Shown: positions 9,847-20,085 of the stretch, piece by piece
Numbering within the stretch: position 1 is the stretch's first letter
Layout: each line of letters starts with the position of its first letter
DNA from: a virus
Reading direction: 5' to 3' (one strand)
Virus record (IMG/VR): IMGVR_UViG_3300031227_000028
Span: 18,857-82,856 of that record
Length of the DNA: 64,000 nt
The notes under the pieces: model-generated
Seen by the model: the letters and a program-made list of their open reading frames with translations, nothing else
The model's database searches: none
What the model was told of the DNA's origin: nothing
Position numbers and translations under genes: made by a program

Positions 9847-11112
9847 ATGATAGATAAGATGAGAACATTTTTTGAGGAAATTGTAACATTTAATGACTTT
9901 ATAGAAGTTAGGATAATGGATAATAGAACAAAGAAAATGTTTTCAAATTATGTTTCAGATTATAATGAATTATTAAAAACGTTAGATATATATAAATCGG
10001 ATAAATTTAATATTTATTACGGTATTAATACAAGAAAAGTTAGAGGACGTAAAGATATTGATGTTGAATTAAGAAATTTGTTTTATTTTGATGTTGAACA
10101 TGGTCAAGTTAAACCGCCTTTAACTAATGAAAATTATAAGAAAAAATTAATAACTACTATTAGAGAAATTACAATTTATTTAAGAAAAGTATATGATATT
10201 AAACCATGTGCAATTGTAAAAAGTGGGAGAGGGTATCATTTATATTATAAATTTATACCTTTTAATGCAGCAGATTATAAAAAACAATTTGTTGCTTGGT
10301 TTAAACAAATACAAAATGAAATAGAAATTATTCAATCATGTAAAGATATTAAAATAACAGACTCAGTTTTTAATGTTTCAAGAATTGCAAGTTGTCCTTA
10401 TACTAAACATACTAAATATTTAGAAAAACCATTAAGAGAAATTTTAATTATTGATACTAAAAAAATAAACGATTTAATTCCTTTAATAAAAAAATTTAAA
10501 GTTCATCATATTATAAAATCAAAACAAACAAACATCAAGAAAAAAGGAAATAAATATACTAAAGATACTATTTTTAAATCACCAGAATTCTTACTCATTG
10601 CTAATTATGATAATCTACCAGAAGGCAATATAAATAATCATTTAATTTTGGCCTTAAAATTGTTAATGAAAGAAAATAATCTAACTAATTTCGAAGATAT
10701 GACGTTAGCATTAAACGATTTAGGCTATGAAAATAAGATAATGGATTGGACAGAATTAGATGAAGATTATGAATATAGTAATAGATTATTAATAAATTGG
10801 TGTTGTAAAAATTATGATTGGTGTGTTGATAATAAATATAAATTACCATATAAATATATGAATAGGAAAAAATGTGATATTAAAAAAGAAAGCAAAAATG
10901 TTAAATTTCCTGATAAAGAATTAAAAACTTTTAAACAAGTTGAGCAATATGTTAAAGCGTTTAATAAAATACATATGGAAGAACGTGATGAAGATGTTGT
11001 GATTTATTATGATTGTCTTAAAAATAAAATTAAAAATAATATAATTAAGCCCAAATTATGGGATTTTATTATAATAAATAAATTATTAGAACAAATATTA
11101 TTATTAAAATAG
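9847..11112 (+). CDS. Archaeo-eukaryotic primase (AEP/prim-pol) family protein
   Basis: FYFDVE (motif I), KSGRGYHLYY (motif II), D...SRIASCP (motif III). Confidence 0.75.
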   Translation: MIDKMRTFFEEIVTFNDFIEVRIMDNRTKKMFSNYVSDYNELLKTLDIYKSDKFNIYYGINTRKVRGRKDIDVELRNLFYFDVEHGQVKPPLTNENYKKKLITTIREITIYLRKVYDIKPCAIVKSGRGYHLYYKFIPFNAADYKKQFVAWFKQIQNEIEIIQSCKDIKITDSVFNVSRIASCPYTKHTKYLEKPLREILIIDTKKINDLIPLIKKFKVHHIIKSKQTNIKKKGNKYTKDTIFKSPEFLLIANYDNLPEGNINNHLILALKLLMKENNLTNFEDMTLALNDLGYENKIMDWTELDEDYEYSNRLLINWCCKNYDWCVDNKYKLPYKYMNRKKCDIKKESKNVKFPDKELKTFKQVEQYVKAFNKIHMEERDEDVVIYYDCLKNKIKNNIIKPKLWDFIIINKLLEQILLLK

Positions 11113-11169
11113 ACAAAAAACAAAACATATATATATAACTTAATATTATTAATAATATTAGAGGTTAAA

Positions 11170-11361
11170 ATGACTTTAGAATATGGAACAAAAGATGATA
11201 ATGAATATATACAAACTATTATTCATATAAGAGTAGCTAATAAGAAATTCTTAAAAGCAATGGCAGGTATAAATGGTATTTCAATGAAAGAACAATTAGA
11301 TAATACATTAACAGAACAGAGAAAAATATTTGATAAACAAGTAAAACAATTCAAAAATTAA
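11170..11361 (+). CDS. Ribbon-helix-helix-like DNA-binding protein
   Basis: TIIHIR strand then KKFLKAMAGINGISMKEQL; own TATA box and GAGGT SD. Confidence 0.55.
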   Translation: MTLEYGTKDDNEYIQTIIHIRVANKKFLKAMAGINGISMKEQLDNTLTEQRKIFDKQVKQFKN

Positions 11362-11441
11362 TAATCCTAATGATAGTATTCTATCAAGGATAGTGGATTA
11401 CCACAATCAAACAGCTGTAAAAGCAAACGAGGAAAATAAAA

Positions 11442-12074
11442 ATGGAAGAAGAAAAAAATTTATTTGATGAAATGACTAATATACCTGAACAAAAACCAAA
11501 TACAAACAACGATGTATCTGTAGCAGATGCTGTTCAAGAATTAGAAAAAGAAGAGGTAGTGGTTGATTCTGTTTTTGATTATAATAAATTACCAAGCACT
11601 ACAGGTTCTTCATATAATAGAGTTAATTTAGATAATGAAGAAGTTGTAATTAGTAAAGCAGAAATTAAATTACCACATCCTAATTCTGATTGGGTTGAAG
11701 GAAGAACTAATAAAAACATACACTATAAAGGATATCAATTTATTGTAAGTTATGATACTGAAAACGATGACCACGAAAATTATAGCGGTATGAGAGGATT
11801 CCAAAAAACAAACGGTAGTTTAGGTGAACCAACAATTTATACAAAAAAATTAAGCACACAAGCTAGTAAATTATTTGGTAAATTTAAAGAATATATTATA
11901 AGAACTGTTAAAGTTGAAGAAAAAGAAATGACTTCTGATATTTTTGAAGCTTCTTATGGTTTAAAACAATTTATGGCTTTCTTAAATAGTAAACCAAAAG
12001 CTTTACTTAGAGTAATAGAAGTAGATTATGATGGTAAAATTACTGAGAAAAACATGATAAGTAAATTTCTTTAA
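11442..12074 (+). CDS. Hypothetical replication protein, possibly ssDNA-binding
   Basis: Acidic N-terminus, beta-rich aromatic core, lies between primase and helicase; function is a guess from context. Confidence 0.4.
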   Translation: MEEEKNLFDEMTNIPEQKPNTNNDVSVADAVQELEKEEVVVDSVFDYNKLPSTTGSSYNRVNLDNEEVVISKAEIKLPHPNSDWVEGRTNKNIHYKGYQFIVSYDTENDDHENYSGMRGFQKTNGSLGEPTIYTKKLSTQASKLFGKFKEYIIRTVKVEEKEMTSDIFEASYGLKQFMAFLNSKPKALLRVIEVDYDGKITEKNMISKFL

Positions 12075-12097
12075 ACCTTTATAGGTTTATTTTTTTT
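12072..12097 (+). terminator. Hairpin plus T-tract terminator
   Basis: TAAACCT-TTAT-AGGTTTA followed by T8. Confidence 0.6.
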
Positions 12098-12138
12098 ATT
12101 TTTATTAGAAACAACTATACAAAATAGAAGGTAAATAT

Positions 12139-14271
12139 ATGAAATTTAACTTAAGCCCTAGCAGTATGAACGTGTATTTTGAATCACAGTTAATGTACTA
12201 TTTTCAAAAAGTAATTAAAGCACAACTAAGCGATTGGGTGCCACAATGTTATGGTGCATTAGGAAATTGCTTACATTCAACTTTAGAAGAAGTTGATAAA
12301 CTAAATAAAGACCAATTAGAAAGTCTATTCTGGGAGAAATACTATGGTTCAGCAGCTGCTAAATCAGTTGGAATTAGAGGAACATATCCTGACCCATATA
12401 AATATTCTGAAGCAGTAAGATATGGTAAAGAAATATTTGAATTAAAATATGATATAATATCTTGTGAAGAAATAATTACTATTCCTATTTATGTTAATAA
12501 TGAGCATACTATTTATTTAAAAGGTATTATTGATGTTCAAGCAAAATTAAAAAAAGATGGAAGTTATGTAATCGTTGACCATAAATCAAGTACTAGTATA
12601 GATAAAGGAGATAATTTCAAACGTCAAGGGTTATTTTATTCAATGTTAATTTATAGAGTAAAAGGAATTCTACCAACGCAAGTTATTTTTGAATATGAAA
12701 AAATTAAAAAAACTAAATCATTTTCGTTTACAATTAAAGAATTAGATGATTTTTATGATTTATGTATTTCTACTATTAATGATATAATAGGTAAAGGAAC
12801 AGATATAAGACAGTTTGAAATTGGTGAAATTAATAGTATTTTTAATGGTCATAAAACTTTATGTGAACAAGTAAAAGAAAGTAGAAAAAATAAATTAAAT
12901 TTTGGTATAGCTATATATGGTAATACATCAATACTTGTAGGAGATATAACTGATATTTTAAAAAATAAATTAGATAAATTAATGTCATATGAAAAAGAGA
13001 ATGCAGAATTTATAAAACAAAATAGTGATTGGGATGGGATAGTTCATTTATATAATAAATATAAAAATACATTTCCTACAGGATATATTCCTTTAGTTAA
13101 AAAAATATTAAAACATTATTCTGAATATATGAAAAAAGATTATAGATTAGAAATGAAAGATATGAGAAAACAAACTAAAAAAATTACATATTGTGAAAAA
13201 CTAGAAGGTATTAAATTTAGAAGTTATCAAGAAGAATCTAGTATTGCATTCTTTAAAGCCCAATATGGAATTATTAAATTAAAAACAGGGTTAGGAAAAA
13301 CAATAGCTGCTGGTGAAATAATTAGAAAAGCTGGTTTAGTTACTTTATGGGTTATTGATAGAAAATTATTAGTTGAACAAACAGCTAAAACTTATCAAGA
13401 ATTATTTAATGAAGAAATAGGAACTATTACTGAAGGTAAAATTGATATTAAAAATATTACAATTTGTACTTATCAAACGTTAAATAGAAGATTTAAAGAA
13501 TTAGCTGAATATTTAAAAACAGTTGGATTTTTAGTTGTAGATGAATGTCATAAAGCTAGTGCAATGAGTATAAAAAATATTGCTGAACGATGTACAAATA
13601 CTAAATATAGATTAGGACTTTCAGCTACTCCTGATTTGAAAAATGAATGGCCTGAAGTAAAAGGTATATTAGGAGATATATGTTATCAATTAGATAAAGA
13701 TGACCCACGTAATAAAGAATTTTTAGCTGAAGCTGATATAAATTTTATATCATTAGATGATAGAAAGTTTGCTGATAGTGGTGATTATCGAGAATCATAT
13801 AATAGTTATATTGTTCATAATGATATAAGAAATAATTGTATAAAAAAATTAGTTGATAAACATAAAAACGAAAATATATTAATTGTTACAAAATTAATTG
13901 AACATGCAAAAATATTAAGTAAATTACTTAATTGTGCAATTATAATTGGTGAAACATCTACAGAAGAAAGAAATAGAATTACTGAAGAATATGCAAAAGA
14001 AAAACCTTTTATTTGTGTAGGTAGTGTTCAAATAATTTCTGAAGGTTGGGATGTACCAACATTATCTGTTTTAATTCAAGCCAGTGCAATGTCAAGTAAT
14101 ATTAAAACAATACAAGGATTAGGTCGTCCTTTAAGAAAGAATAACAATAAAGATAAAGCAATATATTATGATTTTTTAGATAAATATAATAAATACACAA
14201 ATGATGCATCAAAAAATAGAATAAAAGCTCTTAAATATGAAGGAAATATATTAAAAGTAATAAATGGATAA
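12139..14271 (+). CDS. PD-(D/E)xK (Cas4/RecB-like) nuclease fused to SF2 helicase (XPB/UvsW-like)
   Basis: LSPSS, GIID, IVDHKS; then KTGLGKT, DECH, LSAT, SEGWDVP, QGLGRPLR. Confidence 0.85.
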   Translation: MKFNLSPSSMNVYFESQLMYYFQKVIKAQLSDWVPQCYGALGNCLHSTLEEVDKLNKDQLESLFWEKYYGSAAAKSVGIRGTYPDPYKYSEAVRYGKEIFELKYDIISCEEIITIPIYVNNEHTIYLKGIIDVQAKLKKDGSYVIVDHKSSTSIDKGDNFKRQGLFYSMLIYRVKGILPTQVIFEYEKIKKTKSFSFTIKELDDFYDLCISTINDIIGKGTDIRQFEIGEINSIFNGHKTLCEQVKESRKNKLNFGIAIYGNTSILVGDITDILKNKLDKLMSYEKENAEFIKQNSDWDGIVHLYNKYKNTFPTGYIPLVKKILKHYSEYMKKDYRLEMKDMRKQTKKITYCEKLEGIKFRSYQEESSIAFFKAQYGIIKLKTGLGKTIAAGEIIRKAGLVTLWVIDRKLLVEQTAKTYQELFNEEIGTITEGKIDIKNITICTYQTLNRRFKELAEYLKTVGFLVVDECHKASAMSIKNIAERCTNTKYRLGLSATPDLKNEWPEVKGILGDICYQLDKDDPRNKEFLAEADINFISLDDRKFADSGDYRESYNSYIVHNDIRNNCIKKLVDKHKNENILIVTKLIEHAKILSKLLNCAIIIGETSTEERNRITEEYAKEKPFICVGSVQIISEGWDVPTLSVLIQASAMSSNIKTIQGLGRPLRKNNNKDKAIYYDFLDKYNKYTNDASKNRIKALKYEGNILKVING

Positions 14272-14273
14272 AC

Positions 14274-14291
14274 AAAACATTTATATATTAG
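14274..14291 (+). promoter_or_regulatory. TATA promoter of clamp/clamp-loader operon
   Basis: AAAACATTTATATATTAG. Confidence 0.65.
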
Positions 14292-14346
14292 TTATGATTA
14301 TTTATTATTTATTATGATTAAAAAAATTTATATGAGGTAAATAAAA

Positions 14347-15051
14347 ATGAAAATAAAAAAACAAATTATTAGAGATTTTTTAAAAGAAAGTGCATTATCT
14401 GGTGATAGTTCACTTACTGAAGTAAAATTAGATTTCAATGAACAAGCAATGTGCTTAACTGCAATAACTGGTGGTAATGCTGTAATGGTAAAAGCTCAAT
14501 TAATTTCTGGTGCATTTGAAGAATATGAAGCAATTGGAAAAATTGGAATAATTAATTATTCTGAATTGACAAAAATTATTGATGCATTAAATGATAATAT
14601 TGAAATTAATAAAGAAGGAAATTTATTAGTATTTAAAGGTGGGCGAAAAATTGAAGTACCATTAGCTGATGAATCATTAATTAAAGATATTTCAAAAATT
14701 CCTAGTTTAGAATATGATTATACATTTGCTTTGAATAAATCAGTATTTGACGCTATTAATAAAAATATTGTATTCTCAATGAATAAAAATGATAGTAAAA
14801 CTATTCAATTTACTGGTGAAAATAAAATATTAAATATTAAATATGGTACTAAATATAAATTTGAAGATAGTATTGCAGTTAATGAAATTAATGCTAATAA
14901 AATTGATGTTAAATTTGGAGAGCCTTTATTAAATGCTATTACAAATTTAAGTGGTGATTTAACAGTTCAAATGAAAAGCGAATTTCCAATAACTATTATG
15001 AAAAAAACTGAAATGTATGCAATTAAGATTATTGTAGCACCAAAAGTTTAA
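14347..15051 (+). CDS. pcn: PCNA-type DNA sliding clamp
   Basis: 234 aa, clamp-like alpha/beta pattern, C-terminal IIVAPK, next to RFC. Confidence 0.8.
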   Translation: MKIKKQIIRDFLKESALSGDSSLTEVKLDFNEQAMCLTAITGGNAVMVKAQLISGAFEEYEAIGKIGIINYSELTKIIDALNDNIEINKEGNLLVFKGGRKIEVPLADESLIKDISKIPSLEYDYTFALNKSVFDAINKNIVFSMNKNDSKTIQFTGENKILNIKYGTKYKFEDSIAVNEINANKIDVKFGEPLLNAITNLSGDLTVQMKSEFPITIMKKTEMYAIKIIVAPKV

Positions 15052-15099
15052 ATTTTTATTTTATTTTATTTTATTAAATTATTAAGAGGGAGAAACAAA

Positions 15100-16026
15100 A
15101 TGAATATTGACGATTTAAAAAACATTGCATGGATGATTAAATATAGACCAAAAACATTAGATAATGTTGTTGGAAAAGAAGCTAAACTATTGAAAAAATA
15201 TGTTGATAGTAATAATTTACAACATTTTTTACTATCTTCTAGAACACCAGGTACAGGAAAAACAACTTGTGCAAAAGCTATTATTAATGATACTGGAGCA
15301 GATTACATTGAAATAAATAGTAGTGATGAAAGAGGAATAGATGTTATTAGAGATAAAATTAAATTATTTGTTAGTACGATGAGTTCTAAACCTGGTTTAA
15401 AAAAAATTGTATTTTTAGATGAAATGGATTCTATGACTAAAACAGCTCAAGATGCACTTCGTAATATGATGGAGAAATTTATGACTAATGCTATCTTTAT
15501 TCTAACTTGTAATTATATTGAAAAGGTTATTGAACCAATCAAAAATCGTTGTGAAGTTATAGTTTTTGATAGTCCTGATAAAGCAGAGATTAGAAAATAT
15601 TTATTGAATATCATAGATGCTGAAAGCGTTAAATATACTAGTGATGGATTAAATAAATTAATTGATATGAATTATCCAAGTATAAGAGAATCTGTTAATA
15701 CTTTACAAAAGTTTAAAACTATGGATATTGAATTGAATCCTATTAATTTAAAAAAAAATAATGAGAAATTTGATATTTTATGGACAGATATTAAAAGTGG
15801 TAAGGTTTTAAATGTTAGAAAAGAAATCTGTGAAAATAATTATAACCCTGAATTATTATTAAAACATTTTTGGGCAAAAACATATACAGATGAAAAATTA
15901 ACTATAAAACAAAAAATTAAATTAGTATCTGTATTAGCAGATGTTGATTATAAAATGAGTATTGGTGCATCAAAAAATATTCAAATAGATAATATGTTAT
16001 TTAAAATAGTAGGTGCTTTAATATAA
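15100..16026 (+). CDS. rfcS: Replication factor C small subunit (clamp loader ATPase)
   Basis: WxxKYRP, PGTGKTT, INSSDERGID, DEMD, CNY, NRC. Confidence 0.93.
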   Translation: MNIDDLKNIAWMIKYRPKTLDNVVGKEAKLLKKYVDSNNLQHFLLSSRTPGTGKTTCAKAIINDTGADYIEINSSDERGIDVIRDKIKLFVSTMSSKPGLKKIVFLDEMDSMTKTAQDALRNMMEKFMTNAIFILTCNYIEKVIEPIKNRCEVIVFDSPDKAEIRKYLLNIIDAESVKYTSDGLNKLIDMNYPSIRESVNTLQKFKTMDIELNPINLKKNNEKFDILWTDIKSGKVLNVRKEICENNYNPELLLKHFWAKTYTDEKLTIKQKIKLVSVLADVDYKMSIGASKNIQIDNMLFKIVGALI

Positions 16027-16031
16027 TTAAA

Positions 16032-16526
16032 ATGGATTTATTCAAAACTTTAAATAAAATATATACTGCAAGAGATACTGATTGGGTTAAAGATATTGAT
16101 AGTAATGTGTCAAATGTACCTATTAATATTATTTTATCATATAATATTAAACTTAGTAATGTAGTAGCTTTTTTAGATAAATATACATTTAGATTAGATG
16201 TTAAGAATTTTTGTATATTAGCTTGGGCAATTATACACCCTAAATATAATTCAATGCCTTTTAGTAAAAAAATAAAAGCTAATGAAAAAGAAAATAATAA
16301 ATATCAATTTTTATTAGATAAAATACAAACTAGAATGGAAATATCAAACAATGATTGGGTTGATTCTAAGAATTATTATATTGAAGACATTGAAAGAAGA
16401 ATAACAGATTATTTAACTTTATTTGGTTGTACTAAAAAAGAATGGAAATCAATTGGAATTGATTTTGAAGAATCAAAAAAAATTAATATTGTAGATATAA
16501 AAAAAGGATTAGATAAATGGTTTTAA
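16032..16526 (+). CDS. Probable second clamp-loader subunit (T4 gp62-like position)
   Basis: Directly follows RFC; C-terminal PIP-like KKGLDKWF. Confidence 0.5.
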   Translation: MDLFKTLNKIYTARDTDWVKDIDSNVSNVPINIILSYNIKLSNVVAFLDKYTFRLDVKNFCILAWAIIHPKYNSMPFSKKIKANEKENNKYQFLLDKIQTRMEISNNDWVDSKNYYIEDIERRITDYLTLFGCTKKEWKSIGIDFEESKKINIVDIKKGLDKWF

Positions 16527-16530
16527 TTAA

Positions 16531-16627
16531 CAAAACATTTATATATTATATATGTAATAAATAATTATATTGATAGGAGACTGTTACTCCTAATCAAATA
16601 GAACAAAAAAAATACGGAGATATAAAA
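16531..16627 (+). promoter_or_regulatory. TATA promoter and hairpin leader of yhhQ-TGT-TGT-GNAT-polB operon
   Basis: AAAACATTTATATATTA; hairpin 16570-16597; GGAG SD 16616-16619. Confidence 0.6.
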
Positions 16628-17278
16628 ATGATAAATGAAATAATAATAACTTACAAATTTTTTGGTAAGAGAGGCTTATTTGTATTCACAGGTATAGCAA
16701 TAATCTTAGCAAATATACAAGTTTTGAAAACAGTACAATTATTTGGAATGGTTGCAACATTAGGTAATGTTATATATGGATGTTCTTTTTTGATAACAGA
16801 TATATTATCTGAAAATCATGGGAAGAAAGATGCTAAGACAGCTGTTATAATAGGATTGTCTGCAGCAATAATATCAACTGTTATAATGTATATATGTACT
16901 TTATTCGTTCCACATTCAAGTGATTTCGCTAGTGGGGCTTTATCAACAATTTTTAGTGTTATGCCAAGAATAATGATTGCATCTTTAATAGCATATACAA
17001 TATCTAACTTTAATGATGTACATATATTCCATAAAATAAAAGCTAAAACAGGAGATAAACATCTTTGGATTAGAAATATTGGTTCAACATTTTCAAGTCA
17101 ATTATTAGATACAGTAATTTTTAGTGTAATAGCTTTCTGGGGAATGTTTAGTAGAGATATATTTATTCAAATAATGTTAACTACATATATTATGAAAATT
17201 GTAACAGCAGCTTTAGATACACCTTTCCTTTATCTTGCTAAATGGATGAAGAAAAATGGTCATGTGAGTGAGGAATAA
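16628..17278 (+). CDS. yhhQ: Queuosine-precursor (preQ0/preQ1) transporter, YhhQ/VUT family
   Basis: ANIQVLK, TLGNVIY, FLITDILSE.HG, R..IASL.AY, LWIRNIGST..SQLLDT, DTPFLY; multiple TM helices. Confidence 0.92.
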   Translation: MINEIIITYKFFGKRGLFVFTGIAIILANIQVLKTVQLFGMVATLGNVIYGCSFLITDILSENHGKKDAKTAVIIGLSAAIISTVIMYICTLFVPHSSDFASGALSTIFSVMPRIMIASLIAYTISNFNDVHIFHKIKAKTGDKHLWIRNIGSTFSSQLLDTVIFSVIAFWGMFSRDIFIQIMLTTYIMKIVTAALDTPFLYLAKWMKKNGHVSEE

Positions 17279-17279
17279 A

Positions 17280-18431
17280 ATGGATAGAAATTTTTTTGAA
17301 GAGAATAAATTAGTATATTTGCCAGCAACCCTTCCATCTGCTGAGTTATGTATAAATAATGATGAACCAACTGCAAAACAACCTCACTTTTGGAATAAAG
17401 AAACATCAATATGGTACTATCCAAATTTATTAATTAGTGCATATCATGCAGATAAAATTGAAGATATTAGAAAATTAATGGGAATAGATAAAGATGTAAA
17501 AATTCTTTATGATAGTGGAGGTTACCAAATGGTAACCTTAGGAGGAAATATTAATCCTAAAGATTTAATAGAATTACAATTAAAAAATTCTAATGCTGGC
17601 CTTATATTAGATAATCCTCCTTTTAAAATAGGATTAGGAAATTCACAGTTTGGTGAATCAATGAATGAAGATGAAATATCAATATGTCTTAATAAAACAA
17701 AAGAGAATGCTAAAATTGCAATGGCTAATAATATAGGACCAAATAAAATTAGATTATATGGTGTAGTGCAAGGAGAATCATGGGAACAAATTAATAGATG
17801 GTATGATTCAATGCATGAATTAGAAGAAGAATATGGAAAATTTGATGCCTGGGCAATGTCACCAAAACCATCAACAATAGCATTATATGGAATTTTATTA
17901 TTAGAAAGAAAAATTAAAACCCCAATACATTTTTTACAGGCTACAAGTAGAGAAGCAATATCCACTACCGCATATATTAGAAAATTATCAAAAAATTTGA
18001 TAACTATTGATAGTTCAAATTTTTCATCTGGTACAAGATATGGAAGAATAATAAATTATGAGCATTTAGGTATATTTGATATAGGCGAAGGAAAAAGAGA
18101 AAAAAATAAAAAAGGTTGGTTTTGTGATTGTCCTATTTGTAGAGAAAGAAAAATTGATATTGAAAATTTATCAACAACAGATTTAAAATATATAAATATT
18201 CATAATTTATATCAAATAGTTAAAATTGTAAAAGTTGCAGATTGGTTAGTTGATTATAGTGAAGTAATGTTTTTTAATTGGATTAAGAAATTTAAATCAT
18301 CATGCACTGGTGCAATTAAAATGTTACAATTTTATGATAAATATGGATTAGAAAGAACTAAATTAAATTACTCAGATATATTCACAGCAAATGATAATAT
18401 AGTAAATCAAAAAGGTTTATTTGATTTTTAA
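17280..18431 (+). CDS. tRNA-guanine transglycosylase/DpdA superfamily protein, paralogue 1
   Basis: DSGGYQ, ILD, GVVQG, TIDSS, CDCPIC...HN; C-terminal QKGLFDF; start moved to the ATG after GAGGA. Confidence 0.85.
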   Translation: MDRNFFEENKLVYLPATLPSAELCINNDEPTAKQPHFWNKETSIWYYPNLLISAYHADKIEDIRKLMGIDKDVKILYDSGGYQMVTLGGNINPKDLIELQLKNSNAGLILDNPPFKIGLGNSQFGESMNEDEISICLNKTKENAKIAMANNIGPNKIRLYGVVQGESWEQINRWYDSMHELEEEYGKFDAWAMSPKPSTIALYGILLLERKIKTPIHFLQATSREAISTTAYIRKLSKNLITIDSSNFSSGTRYGRIINYEHLGIFDIGEGKREKNKKGWFCDCPICRERKIDIENLSTTDLKYINIHNLYQIVKIVKVADWLVDYSEVMFFNWIKKFKSSCTGAIKMLQFYDKYGLERTKLNYSDIFTANDNIVNQKGLFDF

Positions 18432-18456
18432 ATTATATAGATTAGGAGAAAATAAA

Positions 18457-19602
18457 ATGAAAAGAACATTTTTTGAAAATAATAAATTAGTTTTTATCCC
18501 TGCAATTTTACCTAATAAAGATCTTTTTGGTAAAGAAACAGATAAATATTCTTTTTTTTCTGATAAGTCTTTATATTTTTATCCTAATGTTTTAATTAGT
18601 GCATATCACGGGAAACATTTAGATATTAGGAAAGAATTAGAATGTAATGATAATGTTATGATTTTAGGTGATTCAGGTGGATTTCAAGCAGTAACTTTAG
18701 GTGGCGATATAAACGCTAAAGAAGTTATTAAATGGCAAATGAATAATTGTAATGCTGGTTTAATACTTGATAAGCCTCCATATAAATTTGGTGGAACAGC
18801 GCAATTTGCAGGTACACCATCTAAAGAATTTTTTAATGAATGTTTAGAAAAAACAAAACAAAATGCTTTAATAGCTCTTGAACATAATAAAGGCGAAAAG
18901 AAAATTAGATTATATGGAGTAATTCAAGGCGAAACATGGGAACAAATGAAACAATGGTATGAAACAATATCATCAATTCAAACAAATGAGAAAAAATTTG
19001 ATGCATGGGCATTATCACCAAAACCATCAAATGATGTTTTTAAAATTGCAATGCTTGGTATTTTATGTTTAGAAAAAAAAATAGATACACCATTGCATAT
19101 ACTTCAAATTTCAAATCGTCCTGGAATAATAGTTGCTGCTTTAATAAGATTTTGTATTCAACAAACAGTAACTATAGATAGTTCTTCTCCTTCAAAAGCA
19201 TCACGTTTTGGGGAAATATATAATCCATATACATTTTTAGCAGAAATTAAAACCGGGCAAAGAAGACCAAAAGAAAAAATGAATGGATGGATGTGTGATT
19301 GCCCAATATGTCAAGCAACTAATATATCTTTTAATGATGTTGAAAATAAAAATTATGAAAATATTTTGGATTTACATAATTTATATCAAATAGTGCGTTT
19401 TGTAAAATATATGGATTGGGTAGTACAAGATAAAGAAATATTAATGAAAATGGTAAAAACTGTTTCAATTAATGCTTATAATGCAATTGAAATGATTTAT
19501 TATTATAAAGAATATGGATTAGAAAGAACTAAATTAAAATATCCAAATGTATTTGAATCAAATAATGATGCATCAAATCAAAAAGGATTATTTGAATTTT
19601 AA
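18457..19602 (+). CDS. tRNA-guanine transglycosylase/DpdA superfamily protein, paralogue 2
   Basis: DSGGFQ, ILD, GVIQG, TIDSS, CDCPIC...HN; C-terminal QKGLFEF; AGGAG SD. Confidence 0.85.
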   Translation: MKRTFFENNKLVFIPAILPNKDLFGKETDKYSFFSDKSLYFYPNVLISAYHGKHLDIRKELECNDNVMILGDSGGFQAVTLGGDINAKEVIKWQMNNCNAGLILDKPPYKFGGTAQFAGTPSKEFFNECLEKTKQNALIALEHNKGEKKIRLYGVIQGETWEQMKQWYETISSIQTNEKKFDAWALSPKPSNDVFKIAMLGILCLEKKIDTPLHILQISNRPGIIVAALIRFCIQQTVTIDSSSPSKASRFGEIYNPYTFLAEIKTGQRRPKEKMNGWMCDCPICQATNISFNDVENKNYENILDLHNLYQIVRFVKYMDWVVQDKEILMKMVKTVSINAYNAIEMIYYYKEYGLERTKLKYPNVFESNNDASNQKGLFEF

Positions 19603-19611
19603 GGTAATAAA

Positions 19612-20085
19612 ATGGCTGTGAAACAAGAAACATATGATAAATGGATAGCTAAATATGGTCCAAATGCAAGAATTGGTTTAGATATTATAGGTAAATGTAA
19701 TTTATATCCTAAAGAATTAGGGAGAATATTTTTACCTACAATAACAGAGGCAATTAAAAAAAATAATTGTTATATAATTGATGATAGGAATTGGGTATTT
19801 TTTAATTATAATAAAAAATTAAATAAAATGAAACTTCAATATATATTATCAATGGACCATAAAGGAACTATTTTATTAAAACATCTTGAATCAATTTGTG
19901 CAGAAAGACATATTCCTATAATTTATTTAACTGTTGTTGCAGGAATGCCAGCAGTTGATTGGTATTATAAAAAAGGTTTTATAAAAGTTAAAGAAAGACA
20001 TTCAAGGAAGGGAACTTTATTGTTTGATGTTGAGAAGAAGTTTTTTAAAATAGGTTTAGAGAAATGGTATAAAAATGAAATATAA
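19612..20085 (+). CDS. GNAT-fold acyltransferase-like protein
   Basis: KGTILLKHLE and IYLTV...PAVDWYYKKGF (motifs A/B-like); near-terminal KIGLEKWY. Confidence 0.65.
   Translation: MAVKQETYDKWIAKYGPNARIGLDIIGKCNLYPKELGRIFLPTITEAIKKNNCYIIDDRNWVFFNYNKKLNKMKLQYILSMDHKGTILLKHLESICAERHIPIIYLTVVAGMPAVDWYYKKGFIKVKERHSRKGTLLFDVEKKFFKIGLEKWYKNEI

Noticed and set aside
12139-12900. Cas4 as evidence of a CRISPR-Cas system
   Set aside because: No cas1/cas2 or array; the domain is fused to a helicase in the replication module
16570-16615. Canonical preQ1-I riboswitch
   Set aside because: Hairpin plus A-rich tail looks similar, but the loop is too short and lacks the consensus and pseudoknot pairing
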